Of a stretch of 64,000 nucleotides of DNA, positions 25,999 to 38,394 are shown in pieces. How positions within the stretch are numbered: the first letter of the stretch is position 1; every line of letters begins with the position of its first letter. The position numbers were made by a program, and so were the translations under genes. This stretch comes from the human T2T-CHM13v2.0 reference genome, Homo sapiens, in NCBI RefSeq assembly GCF_009914755.1, contig NC_060928.1; one strand, given 5' to 3'. Under the pieces are notes generated by a model that was not told the DNA's origin, ran no database searches, and worked only from the letters and a program-made list of their open reading frames with translations.

Positions 25999-26482
25999 AG
26001 GCACTCCCACTTGGGAAGCAGGGAGATACAGACCCAAGCTCAGGGCTCTCTGATGCTGAAGTCTGTGCCCTGCAATCACATGCCTCTACTTTCCACATTT
26101 TAACTATTGCTGATTTTCTGTCCTTTTACCCTCTCCTACCGGAATCCTCTTATCAGAGCACACCTGAACCTCCTCCTGCAGAGTCTCCTCTACCCTGCCT
26201 CACTTGGCTCCTGGCAGAGTCTATCTATGTGGCTGGGGTGTGGTCCTGGGGTGTAGCCCCTGCATCAATGCGCAGCTCATGGAGACAAAGGGCCTTGTCC
26301 TGAACCCCATCACCCAACAAGGCAACCATGGTTGAGAAAGGGCTTTGTGAACTGAAAGCATCTGCGAAACATCTCTGCTCCTCTTCCTTGTCACCATCTC
26401 CTCCCAACTCTCCTCTTTGAAAAGCTCAGAAAGTCTTGGCTGATAGCAAGTAGAAAATAGACTTTCAATGGCATCCACTTAC

Positions 26483-26611
26483 TCTCCTGCAGAACGAGTT
26501 CATGATGGTGTACAGCTTCCGTGCTTTGTCCTTCAAGGAATCTACCTGGGCCACTTTCCAACACGGGGGCGAGGCCACAAAGTCCCGCAGCTTGTCCAGC
26601 ACACAGTAATT
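26483..26611 (-). CDS. CYTL1: CYTL1 coding exon 3 (aa 67-109)
   Basis: Acceptor cactcccag, 129 nt encoding NYCVLDKLRDFVASPPCWKVAQVDSLKDKARKLYTIMNSFCRR, donor GTAAGT. Confidence 0.98.
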
Positions 26612-26781
26612 CTGGGAGTGGACAATGGGGAGGGGGCTTGTGGGAGAAGTCAGTAGCAAGAGGAACAGGGACTGAGCTGCATAAGATCTCTCCCTGACTC
26701 TGTGCCACACAGCCAGCAGCAGAGGTTCAGACCTGAGTCCCTCAGCCCAAGACCTCCCTCCCCCAGGGAGAACCCTCTTAC

Positions 26782-26826
26782 GTGTATGTCCAGGTACAGC
26801 CTGGGCAGGTATCTCACACATGGCTC
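26782..26826 (-). CDS. CYTL1: CYTL1 coding exon 2 (aa 52-66)
   Basis: Acceptor cccttatccctttccacag, 45 nt encoding EPCVRYLPRLYLDIH, donor GTAAGA. Not resolved by the ORF track. Confidence 0.97.
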
Positions 26827-27084
26827 CTGTGGAAAGGGATAAGGGGTTCTGGGATGCCCACAGGGGCATACCTGGTCACAAAAGTCTCCCTAGTGGCCCT
26901 CTCAACAGCCAGACCAGCCCAGATCCCTGGGGCCCTCCCTGATGCTACGACATGCACAGTACTTTCTTGTGTCATACGTCACACTCCTCCAGAAATGGGC
27001 GACTGCGCTTCCGGAATTAGACTTTTAGAATACAACTTTTATATCATTTGCTATGAACCAGGGAGCTGTTTTATATGCATACCC

Positions 27085-27485
27085 ATTCAGAAATATACAT
27101 ACACGTATATACATAAAAGCAGTCCTATAACTGTAATATAGAAATAGTGATATATAATACAGTAATACAAGTATACATACAGAGTATATATGTACATCTA
27201 TAAAACAGTTCTATAACTATTTAGTTATATAACAGTTGTATAAGTTAGTTATATAGTAACTTATATAATAATATACTTATATAATAACTTATATAAGTAT
27301 ATTAGCTATATAACAGTTGTATAACTGCATGTAATTATAGACATTATATATACTTACATAAGTACGATATATGTAATAATACCTATTGTTCTATAGGCAT
27401 TCTATAGCTAATATGTAGTTGTATATAGTGTATAATATAGTAATATCGAAGTGCATAAATTTGCATACTTTTATATTTCTATATT
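27085..27485. repeat. TA-rich low-complexity tract in CYTL1 intron 1
   Basis: Degenerate TATA/TAACT units, for example tatataacagttgtataa occurring twice. Confidence 0.8.
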
Positions 27486-28633
27486 GGGCTTCCGTTTTTG
27501 CGCAGGGCTGAAGGGCAAAAGCCCTCGTGCTCTGCCCTCTCAGTAATCCCCGTGTGACCATGGGCAAGTGTCTTCCTTCAGTCCTCAGTTGTGAAATTAG
27601 AGATTTAGAATGCATAATCTTTCCACTTTCTTCCCGCTCTGTGGTTCAGAGCCTCTGAACTTTTTAAACCTTTTAAAATCAGATTCCTTTAAAAGATGAT
27701 TGCTGTCTATATTCGATAACAAGAAACTTGTGGGTAAATTGTGGTGAAACTGTACAACAAAATGTTAAAACAAAAATGAACTTATTTGATAGTGTCATTA
27801 AAAAGTAAGTTGCAAAACTGCTTGTGCTGTTTGACCCAAATTTTGTTTACAGACACACACACACACAACACACATGTATTTGAATACCTATATGTAGACA
27901 GAAAGCTGAAATATGATCCTCCACAATGCTACGGCAGCAGCTACCTCTAGGTGGTAGAATTACAAGCAAGATTTTTTTTCTTCTTTGTACTTTATTTTCC
28001 AACTGTTCTACAAAGTACAATACTTTTATAATTAGGGAAAAAATACATGTTATTTAACTTTTAAAAAGAAAATACCAAGAAGGTGTTAGCTAGGCTTTTG
28101 TAAACCCCAACATCTGAGAAACATTATGTTTTGTTTGAAGCATTTGCAAGTGATTAAAAGACACTTTGAAACTTTACAAAAGCTTTTAATGAAGTTTAAT
28201 GCATTTTGTTTCGACGGAGAAGCAGGCAGAGGCCTGGGTTCTAGTCCCCAAAAGCCCTCCCAGGTCTTCCCCTCTCTGAGTCCCCAGATCTGCCTCTGAA
28301 GATCGTGCTCACATCAGCTGGCATCTGTTGAGTACTTGTTCCTGTAGGCTTGGCTCTGTGAGCCCTGCCTGTGTTCACACCTGCCTTTGATCGTCAAAGC
28401 CACTCTAAAGGGAGGGGTGCTACTGTCATCCCATTTTACAGACAAGAAAACTGAAAGGCAGAGGCTGAGAAATTTGCCCGGGTCCCTCAGCAGATGAGGG
28501 GCGGAGGCCAGTTCTGTGAGCCACCTCTTAGGGCACACTCCTCACTAGGCTAACAAAAGCAATACACAAGCTTCATTCCTCCGTCCTCCTTAACTCTGAT
28601 GGGGAGCTGTTTTTCTCCCCATCCTCCCACTCC

Positions 28634-28674
28634 TTTTTTTTTCTTTTTTCTTTTTTTTTTTTTTTTTTTTTTTT
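28634..28674. repeat. Poly(T) tract (A-rich on the CYTL1 sense strand), intron 1
   Basis: About 40 nt of nearly pure T. Confidence 0.9.
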
Positions 28675-28939
28675 ACATTTTACAACAGATCCTTTGATAT
28701 TTGCTAGTAAGTCACAAAAATTGTGTTGTCTTTACTTTTTCTTGTGTTTTGAAGAAAGCAAACCATTGGTATCATATTTAAAAGGAGATGAATAAAACAC
28801 AAATACTCCTGAGATTTACATTTACTAGAAAAGAAAAATATCCTTTTCTCTCTCTCTCTCTTTTTTTTTTCGTGTAAAGGCAAGGGTTTAAGAACTGGGT
28901 CTGCCATGCACCCCTGTCCTGAGCGGGCGGGGGACTCAC

Positions 28940-29092
28940 CGAGGGCTCCGAGACCTGCAGGAGGTTGAAGTCGCGGGTGATCTCCTGGCTCAGGGCCCGC
29001 ATGCGGGAGTAGCAGGTCGGGGGAGTGGGCCGCGCGGCGGGGGCTCCCGCCAGGAGCAGCAGCAGCACGGGCAGAGGCCCAGGCGTCCTCAT
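28940..29092 (-). CDS. CYTL1: Cytokine-like protein 1, coding exon 1 (signal peptide, aa 1-51)
   Basis: ATG at 29092 in a GCACCATGA context; translates MRTPGPLPVLLLLLAGAPAARPTPPTCYSRMRALSQEITRDFNLLQVSEPS, recognised as CYTL1; donor GTGAGT at 28939-28934; 153 nt, phase 0. Confidence 0.98.
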
Positions 29093-29400
29093 GGTGCCAG
29101 GCGCTGGTGCAGCCTCGCCGACCGCCCCTTTATGCAGGCTGGGGGTGGTCCAGGGCGGCTCCACGCCTCCACTTCCTGTGGGGCCAGCGCAGGCTGCGGT
29201 CCATCCAGGGTGGCAGAGAGGAAGCCAGCACGCCCACCGGGCAGGGTCGGGACAGGAATCCTCTCAGACACGAAAGCCCCAGGTTAAGAGGAGGGGCTGC
29301 CTGGAGGAGGGGGTGACAGAGGGTGGCTTTGCCTCCCCCACACTTTCAGCAAGAAATTTCTTTCTGCACAGGGACTTTTCCTGAAAAGGCAGGAACAGCA
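29093..29400 (-). promoter_or_regulatory. CYTL1: CYTL1 5' UTR and proximal promoter (CpG-rich patch)
   Basis: TATA-like CATAAAG at 29134-29128, ETS consensus ACAGGAAGT at 29179-29171, further GGAA cores and GC boxes, raised CpG density from about 28920 to 29270. Confidence 0.7.
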
Positions 29401-32400
29401 GATGGAGAGGGGTGGGGGATAAGAGGAGGACAGAGATGGAAGGAGGGGAGGGTCAGAGGAGAGGAGTGGGCAGTCAGGCCTGGGTTTGGATGGCACGGTT
29501 TGTCAAAATGGATATAGTGCCAGGAGGGAAAGGGACTAGCAGGGGATGACTGAGCATCCCTCCCTCCAGGCAGCCCGCAGTGGAGCAGGGATGCAGAGCT
29601 GCGGTCAGGCCACCGGTGTCCTCGTCCATCAATCGCTAACCAGGTAGGTGAGCCTTGGGCCAGGGCCCCCAGCCTCTCAGAAGCCGTGTGTGTCTCTCGG
29701 TCCGGAGGATGGGCTCACTGAGCGGCCGTATGTGTGGGGAGTGTGAGTACCCCCACCCTCTTCTACCTCAAGCTCCCAGCACAGGCCCCGAGGGAGAGCA
29801 GACCCTCAGGAAGGGTTAGTTTTCAAGAAGTGCATCTCCCTCAGGGCTAACTTCCCAAGACAGTGGCAGGTAAAGGTCTAGGCTCTCCACTTAGACGCCG
29901 TGGGTGCAAAGCAGGGTCACCGCCTTCTGGCTTTGACCTTGGGCAAGTTTCTTCAGTGTTTCCTCCATCTCCTTATCTGTGAGATGAGGCTGGTGAGAGT
30001 GGCTCACTCAAAAGGCCATAGTGAGGAATCAACAGGATATAGCATGACTGAGCAAGCCTCATGCCAGGCCCATTGTGTGTTTCCAAGTGATCGGAGCTAA
30101 TAGCACTGTCTCTGTTAAATCCAGCAATTGTCTCTGTGAGGTAGGTGCCACAGAAAAGAGTCCCATTTTCCAGGTGGGAAAACTGAGGCTCAAGAGTTCC
30201 AGCAACTTGCTGGAGGTCACAAAGCTGGAGGCACATGGGTTGGGATGAGACTTCAGGCCCTGTCCTCCTGCCATTCTTCCATCCCACAGGGCAGGATGGG
30301 TGAGGAGCAGGACTCTTGCAGGCAGAGATGAGTTGGGGTCCTCAGGCTGCCCAAGATCAGGCAACAAGCAAGAAGGAACTGTCAAAAGGGAGATTCTTCC
30401 TTAACACTGAACGTGACTTACATACCAGCAGCCACCAGGCCAGCTGCCATTGGGAACGCTATGACCCTCACAGCCAGCCAATGAAGTGAATGGGGTTATT
30501 CCCAATTCCCAGGCGAGGAAACTGAGGGCCTCAGGGGATATGAAGCTGGGAAGAGCAGTGGAGCCCTGGAGCTATGTCTGGACTTTCCTGCCTCCAAAGC
30601 TTCCTCCAACAAAGGAGGAAAGGGGAGCATCCTGGGCAAGCTCCACATTCCCAGAACAAAACAACCAAAGATGCAGCCCACAGGGATGGGTGAACCAGAG
30701 CATGGCATCCTGGACACAGGGCTGGACTGAGGATCAACCACAGGGATGAAGCCCGGCTCCAGCTTGTCCCCACTGTATTTGCCAGGAGAAATCCCTTCTC
30801 GACCTGGCCTCCATTCCCTGTCTGTAAACAGGATAGCATCACGCTGGGCGATGTCTGAGGTTCCTTCCAGCCCCAGTGTTTTATTTATCTAGTTTCTGGT
30901 GGTAAAAGCCCTGGGCAGGGACTGTAAGCTGTGCCTTCCTGTTTTGTAGGTGAGAATGTGTTCTCTAAACACCTTTAGCAAGATGACATAGGGACCGCGG
31001 CCTTCGGGCAGAACTGTGTGTGCTTGGAAGTGGCAAGTGGAGGCACAGATGTGTTTTCTTCTGGGTGAAGGAGTCTCCACACTCCCTCCATGATAGTGCC
31101 TGGGGCATGGGCCTCCCTGGCAGAATAGCTGGCCCCAGCTGGGGACTCTAGGTCTGCTTTAAAATGCTCTAGGGCTTCTGGATGTGCTCAAGGAATGGGC
31201 TTAAATTCAGAGCAGGGAAGAAAAACAAGCCCATGGACCAAACAAGTCCTGCACCATTAGATCAAGGAGACATTGCTGTGCTGGAAAACAGGAGTCATTT
31301 GTGAGATAAATGTACTGCTGGGAGACTTGACCTTGTTCCACCCGCAATACCGTGTGTGGTTATTCATGGGACTTCTTGGGTAAATCAGCTGAGCTCAGAG
31401 CTGCAAAGAGGCTTATAGGCCTTCCCATTGAGCATGAGAATGAATGAGTAAGTGGCTGTAGCCATAAGCTGTCACTGGTACCAACTGAGACATGGTGGAT
31501 GCTGGGCCCCTGAGGAGTCACAGTCAGTGGGGAGACAAGGAATGAGGCTGTTGTGCACTGGGCCAGGTGCAAGAGAATCGCCACCTCTCACTCTACCAAG
31601 CCAGGAGTGGGATGAATGGGAAGAACACCAGAGGAGAGGGTGCCTCGTGCTGATTCCCAGGGCAGGTGGAGACAAGGAGAAACAGCCTGTGCCGAGCCCA
31701 ACACACACAAGCTTGCCTGCCGAGCCCAATGCATGCCAGTGTGCATCCGGGAATTCTATCTGCTTTCTGGCCCTCTCCAGGGTTCCTCCGCATCCTATGC
31801 ATGATACATTGACTTGCCTCCTGGCATCTGTCTCCTTTAATGACCATGCCCTTCTCTAGGAGAGAAAGACAGTCTTTCTCATCTGTTTCTCGGCACCCAG
31901 CACGCAGCCAGGTAGAGCGGATGACCAGTAAGGTGTGGCTGAATGGACTTGGTGACTACTCGTGTTACTCAGAGATTAAGGCACAAGCCCACTAAGAAAC
32001 CTACGCAGGACAGCCTGACGTGGCTCCCCACCAGGGGCTCCCTATGAGACGCCGCACTGGATACAGGCTGGTGGACCCCCGCACGTGTGTTCTGTTCTCA
32101 AATGTCTCCTTCACCACGAATCACCTGCATCCTCCCACCAGCTCTTTCTCTGCCCCCTTCTGAGGCTCCTTCAGCAGTTGGCTGCTCCGAATATTAAAAA
32201 TCCAGGCAGGAATTTGCCCACAAATCAGGTAAGCCCTTGTCTCCGCCAAAAGGTCTCTTCTGGTTTTCTTAATGTCTTACATCGGGCACGGACCCCATCA
32301 TGCAGGAGAGCTGAAGAGTCAGAGTTAACGAGCAGGTGAACATCTCTGAGGTAGATATCGGCCATTGCCTTTGGATGGGTTCTTCATTTGCCAGATGCAT

Positions 32401-32645
32401 GTCTATCTATTTATCGAGAGTCTATTGTGTGCCAGGCACTGAGATGGGTGAAAAGACAGTGAATGACAGAGTTGCTATCCTCTCGGAGGAGATTGATGAG
32501 GGCAGCTGACACTCTGGGTGAGTGGTGTGATGGCAGAAATCCTAGTGTTTCTGGAGCCCCTAACCCATCACTGGCAGCTGCTCCCTATCAGGTGAGAGCT
32601 GAGAGGTGACGAATGCAGTGGGGAAGCGGGGTAGGTATGAAGGCA

Positions 32646-32686
32646 TGTGTGTGTGTGTGTGTGTATATGTGTGTGTTTGTGTGTGT
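32646..32686. repeat. (TG)n microsatellite
   Basis: Imperfect TG run. Confidence 0.85.
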
Positions 32687-33759
32687 CTCTGTGAAAGACA
32701 GAGAGTGAGGGAGATTGTAAGATATTGTGCTGCTGGCTTTGAAGATGGGAGAAGAGGCCACAAGCCAAGGAATTCAGGAGGCCTCTAGAATGCAAAGAAA
32801 GATTCCTGCCTAGGGCCTCCAAAACGGGCCCAGTTAGACCCCTTCTGAGCCCGGAATTGTAAGATCATAAATTCGTGATGCTTGGAGTCCCTCGGTTTGT
32901 GGTGATTTGTTACAGCAGCCACAGGAAACAAGCATACTGTCTCTCTGGGGTTTGGTAGAATAACAGAAATTAATGTGGGAACCTAGAAATTATCCAGATC
33001 TACCTGCCTGCTGCTTATCCTTCCTTTACAGTCTCCCTGTCAAGTGCTTGTCCAGAGTCTGCTTGCATACGTCCCTGGACAGGGAGCTCTTTGCCTCTTA
33101 CAACTTCCTTCCAGTCTCTGGGCAGCTCCAAATTCTTCCCAGGGTGGAGATGAGATGCGATGACACCCTGGTGCAGGCCTTCAAATCCTGTACCTTCTTA
33201 TGCAGAACGGAGGTGTGGCGATGTTAAGACCATTCTCATTCTTCAATGTCTCTACCTCCACTCCTCCCTGCCCCTCAAAACAGAGTCAACTCTCTTTTGG
33301 AGCTACCATCCCCACTTCGTGAACCCTTTTAATGAGAAGTGGCCTCAAGACCCTTCAATTACATCACGATTAACGCCTCTCTGTCTAGAGCCCTATCTCC
33401 TCCCGGTGGCCATTTCTAAAGCAGAAATTCAATCTTGCTCCTCCTTGTTTCAAAGTCTCCCTGGCTCCCAGACACAAACCCTGCTGTGTGTCCATGAGTC
33501 TTACACTATGTGGGACCCAGACTGGAACACAACCCTTCCTGGGAGATCTGGTCAGAATGAGGCTATCAGTTTTGAGCCTTTCCTATGTCAGTTAGGACTG
33601 TAGGCTGTGTGTTACAGAAAATTCAGCATGAGACACCAAAGTCTGGGTTTTCTGGAAAGTGCAATTTGAAAATATAGAGGGAATCTGGAGCTCAGGAATG
33701 GTTTGATCCAGGAACTCAATGAAGTCACTAAGGAATTATCTCTTTCTCTGTTCTATATT

Positions 33760-34160
33760 GTGATAGTGTTTTCATGTGTCATCTTGACTAGGCTACCATC
33801 CTCAGTTATTCTAACACTAATCCAGATGTTACTGTGATGCTATTTGTAGATGTAATTAGAGTCCTTATGCAATAAGCTCTATGTAAGGGAGATGATTTTA
33901 GATACTCTGGGTAGGCCTGATTTACTCAGTTGGAAGGTCTTAAGAGCACAGCCAAGGCTTCCCTGAGGAAGAAAGAGTTCTGCCTGTGGAGTAGCTTTGT
34001 CTGTTCTGGTGATTCCAGTTTGCACTTCCTGAAAGCCTACCCTACTACAATTTTGTACTTGGCCAATGTCCACAATCATGCAAGCCAATTCCTTGTACTA
34101 AATCTCTTAATATCTCTCTGCCACTGGTCATGCTTCTTGGGTTGAGCTCTAACTGACACA
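33760..34160 (+). mobile_element. MLT2-type LTR
   Basis: tgtgatagtgttttcatgtgtcatcttgactaggct...ccacaatcatgcaagccaattcctt...ctaactgacaca. Confidence 0.7.
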
Positions 34161-35019
34161 TATACCATTAGCTCCATCCCAAAGCCAGGCCCTGTCCTGA
34201 GAAGTAGGGTCTCCCTTGTGACCACTGAAGAAAGTCCTGAGCTTTGTGCTGGAAGCGGACCCTGCCTATGCCCTGTCCAAGCCTCCTCAGCCCTGACATT
34301 TAAGGGCAGGTGGGCTAGGCTTCACCTGCCAGCACCACCCTCTGCGACAGGCCTTCCTCTGGCCATAGGTGCCTGTTCTGCCCACGTTAGAGCAAGCCAG
34401 AGTATTGGGGACTCTTAATGCCTCCCAGAAGTAGCCCTCAACCGATGATTCATGAAAGTTGGGAAGAGTCTGGCTTCTGGTTAAAAATCTGTATGTCATC
34501 CATGGGCAGTTACAACGGCTTTACACAACAGGCCCCCAAGGGGATCGGGGGAGCTGCACCCCCAACCCCAGGCTTGGGACACAGCCAGAGCTTTGCATGC
34601 AATCTCTGAAGGGAGTTGCTGTAAAATGCTCAGGCCCCCAGGCTGGCCAAACCCTTTACCTATTTGCCTGGCACCTTCATTCGTGGGTCTCTTTATCTGA
34701 GGACTTGGGCCAGGTCCTCCCCAGGCGCCTCTGCAGAGACCTCCGAGTATGGGAGGGGGGAATCCTTGACACCCTTCCCCCTTCTCTGACTCAGGACCCA
34801 GCACTTTTCTACTCGGGGCTGTTTCCCTGCCTCCCCCTCCGCCGTGGTCCATAGACCAGCAGGAACCTTTTGTTGGGGCTCCCTCAACAGTGAGACGACC
34901 CCCACCTCCACATCTATGCTGGTCCACTTGATCCCCCATAGTGATGTGAGGATGTGAGGAAGCACCCGTCCAGGGGGGAGGTGGAACGGGGGAGCTGGGC
35001 TTCCTCTAGTTTGGCCTCT

Positions 35020-35415
35020 TCCTTAGACCATTGCAGTGAGTGACCAAAGGCTTAACTCTCATTTTTGGCTCTTGCTTTAACTTGGCTGCTTAGACACCTG
35101 CAGCTCAGCTCTGTCTCAGCTCAGCTGAGCTCCTAACTCATTGGTGTGTAAATATCCCTACTCCTTTACCCTGTTGGTGGGATAACTCTGAGGTGAATTC
35201 TACAGTGTCTCCGAAAGTCCCCCAGCAGGATCAAGCTCTAGGGGTCCACAGTGAGAACTTGCTTGATGGTAATCCATGGATGTATTGGCTTTCTGTCCTT
35301 CTCTGTCTCATGTTCCCATTTCTCTACAAGTGTTTTCTGGGCTCGCTCTCAAAGAAACGTCTTGCACTCAAATCCTTGTCTCAGAGTCAGCTTTTGGGGA
35401 AACTCAAACTCAGAC
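35020..35415 (+). mobile_element. LTR16-like ERVL LTR
   Basis: Ends cttgcactcaaatccttgtctcagagtcagcttttggggaaactcaaactcagac, typical of the LTR16 3' end. Confidence 0.55.
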
Positions 35416-35950
35416 TATGGTACTGGCCCAACAGAGGAGTCCCCTCTAAACTATGACAAGAACAATGTGATCACACATATTGGCCTAGCCCACTAATGGG
35501 CCATGAAGGTGAGACACCCTGGGATGGGGTAAGTGAGGTGGGGCGGAGACATTACCACAATGTGAAGTACGCTTGTCTCTTTCTCTAACACAGCCCAGGG
35601 TGGTCCAGGACACCATGTCCCATGACCGACACCTCTCTTAAGCCGCCTCCCTTCCAGGCCTCCACGACTCCCTCCCAGTGCAGACCTTATCCCAGCAGCA
35701 GACATACACATGATGAGGAGATCCTTCCAGCAGATACCAAACCTCAGCTGCCCATTGCTTAAGTACCTTCTGTTTTCTTCTTGTGATCTAATATTTTCAG
35801 GATCTGAGACTTTTAAAAATCATTTCAGGAGAAAGAGCATTTAACCCTTTCGTGCAAGCTGTTCAGACAGGCATATTCCAATAAGTGATACAGGTAACCA
35901 GGGAAATACTCTTGGTTTTCAGTCCTGAGGGGTTATGGGATGTTCCCAGT

Positions 35951-36302
35951 TGTATTAGTCCAATCTCATGTATTAGTCCAATCCCAAGACTGGGTAATTT
36001 ATAGGAAAAGAGGTTTAATTGATTCCCAGTTCTGCATGGCTGGGGAGGCCTCAGGAAACTTACAATCACGGCAGAAGGCATCTCTTAGCAAGGTGGCAGG
36101 AGAGAGAATAAGAACCGAGCAAAGGGGGAATCCCCTTATAAAACCATCAGATCTTGTGAGAACTCACTCAGCATCATGAGAACAGTATAAGGGAAACCAC
36201 TCCCATGATTCAGTTATCTCCACTTGTTCATGCTCTCGACACATGGGGATTATTACAATTCAAGGGGAGATTTGGGTGGGGACAGAGAGCCAAACCATAT
36301 CA
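35951..36302 (-). mobile_element. THE1-type MaLR solo LTR
   Basis: TGTATTAGTCC...CAAACCATATCA with 5 bp TSD CCAGT at 35946-35950 and 36303-36307. Confidence 0.9.
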
Positions 36303-38394
36303 CCAGTGAACTGTAAGAAACAGCAACCTGCTGTTGGCTGTGGCCTCTTGTGACATGGCTGGAACACAGACTATCACCTCTCCTGCCTGCTCCCTGTGTT
36401 CCCATCCTGTGCCCACTTGTGATGGAAACCCAGGCTGAAATGGACATCACCATTCTCAAATGTCCTCTGTTGCCCAACCTGCAGCCAATAGCTGTCTTTG
36501 ACAAGGATTAGAAGAGTCCAGCAGCAGCTTCCATCTTTTTTAGAAAACATTGCACTAGACCACACGAAGAGTCTGAGTGCTAAGGTAAGAGCCTAGCATT
36601 GAACACATCAACGCTTGCAAAGAGGCTACCTCTTGTTCCCTCACTTCTGCCTGCATTTGAGGTCAGGAGCCACTAATCAAGCTGACAGCCAGGAGGTGTT
36701 GGGGTTGGGGTAGACTGAATACCTAGCCGGACATTGCCTCTGGTGCTCCTGTTGATATTGGTATTCCTTTGGTTAAAAGTAACACATCTTCCCCTGTTTA
36801 TGTGATGTGTTTTTGAGCTTGTTGCTTTTGCTCTTGGCAAACCCAGGTGGAAAGTTGGCCCACATGGCCCAGAGTGAAGGAATGAACACAAACACCAAGG
36901 CTGGGCTTTGCTTTTGGGCAGAGATTATGAAAAGCGATTCATGTTTTAGAAGAGAGATTCCTTCATAAGCCCCCAAAACATGGATTTGAACTTTAATGAG
37001 AAACAGCAGGCAGGAGGAGCTGTGTCCCAAACATTGCCCCAGGCCTGGTACACAGAAAGGACTCAGAGAAAGTCCTTCAAGAAGGGTCCCAGCTTGTCCT
37101 AGGAGAAAAACTACAGGCTTTGGAGTAATACAGACTTCAGTTTAGATCTCACTTATGTTACCATGCAGCTGTGCAAATGTGGCCATTACTCATCCTCCTT
37201 TGATGTGGGGTTTATACCACTTATTGCACAGTTTTTGTGAAGAAGAAATAAACATGAAAAGCTGGAGTGACCGTGGTTTTGGTTTTTGTTCTTTCTGGTT
37301 ATCAACCCTGTTCCATAATCCCATCTTGGTCTACTTCCTCCCTCCTGTTACAGGAGTGATGATGGGCCCATGGCTCAGGAGGGACTAATCAGTGTCTCTA
37401 CCTGGTGTTGAAAGATGCACACAGGATGAGAGCTGCCCTCTCATGCCCCTACCATGGCTATGCTGTCGTTGCCAGCAGTTAAGTCTTTTGCTCTGGAGTG
37501 TGCAAGACCAGGAGGTACACAAGCAGAGCTGGGAGATGGATGGAGGAAGAGGATCTGAAGGGGCTGCATCCCTGCTTCCAGATCCAGAGGCTGAGACCTG
37601 CGTCTCCTTCTTGGACATCATCAGCTGCCCTGCGGTCATTTCTGGCTGCAGAGCTAATGCAGAGTTCCTTCAGCTTGAGCTGATTTCAGTGAGGTTTCTT
37701 TCTGTCCCTGGCAAATGAAAGAGTCTGACCAATACAGCATCCAGCAGAGTGCTCGGTGCGGAGCTGGAGTTCTTACAGCAGTTACTTTGTTTTTAGAGAC
37801 AGGGCCTCCTTCTGTCACAGAGGCTGGAGTGCAGTGGAGCCATCTTAGCTCACTGCAGCCTCAACCTCATGGGCTTAAGTCATCCTCTTGCCTCAGGAGG
37901 ATCTGGGACTACAGGAGTAGCTGGGACTACAGGGGCTCACCACCACACCCAGCTAACTTAGTTACTTTTCTTGGATGATTTTCTATTTGTGTGAATCCTC
38001 AGTGCTGGTCATCAAATATGTTCAGTTCTTTCTCTCCTGGTCCCAGGCCAGGATTGAGTTTCCCTGTCCCCTTGAAGTTACATACAGCAACATAGGTTAT
38101 TTTATACAAAGTGACGTAAGAGAAAGTGATGGGTTTACTTCCAGGCAGCAGCTGTAAGAGCCTGTGCTTCCTTTTCTACATGCTCTATGATGCTATTGCT
38201 TTCTCTCTGCCATGGGACCACCCAAGTTTTGCTTGGGCTTTGCTTTTGGGCAGAGATTATGAAAAGCAATTCATGTGGTTGATGCTCTATCAGCCTCAAA
38301 CTGCGGTGGAGAAGACCCAGAGTGATGTCCCAGACAATCTGTGGTAAGGACTAGGAGTTGTTTGTTACAGCAGTGTAATCTAGCCCATCCTGAC

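Noticed and set aside
27085-27485. TA-rich quasi-palindromic repeats as a structured array or CRISPR-like locus
   Set aside because: No constant repeat-spacer period; ordinary low-complexity decay in a human intron.
28778-29164. 128 aa ORF containing CYTL1 exon 1
   Set aside because: Starts at a non-ATG codon upstream of the TATA-like box and runs through a consensus donor into intron 1; the nearby genomic A-tract could create oligo(dT) priming artefacts.
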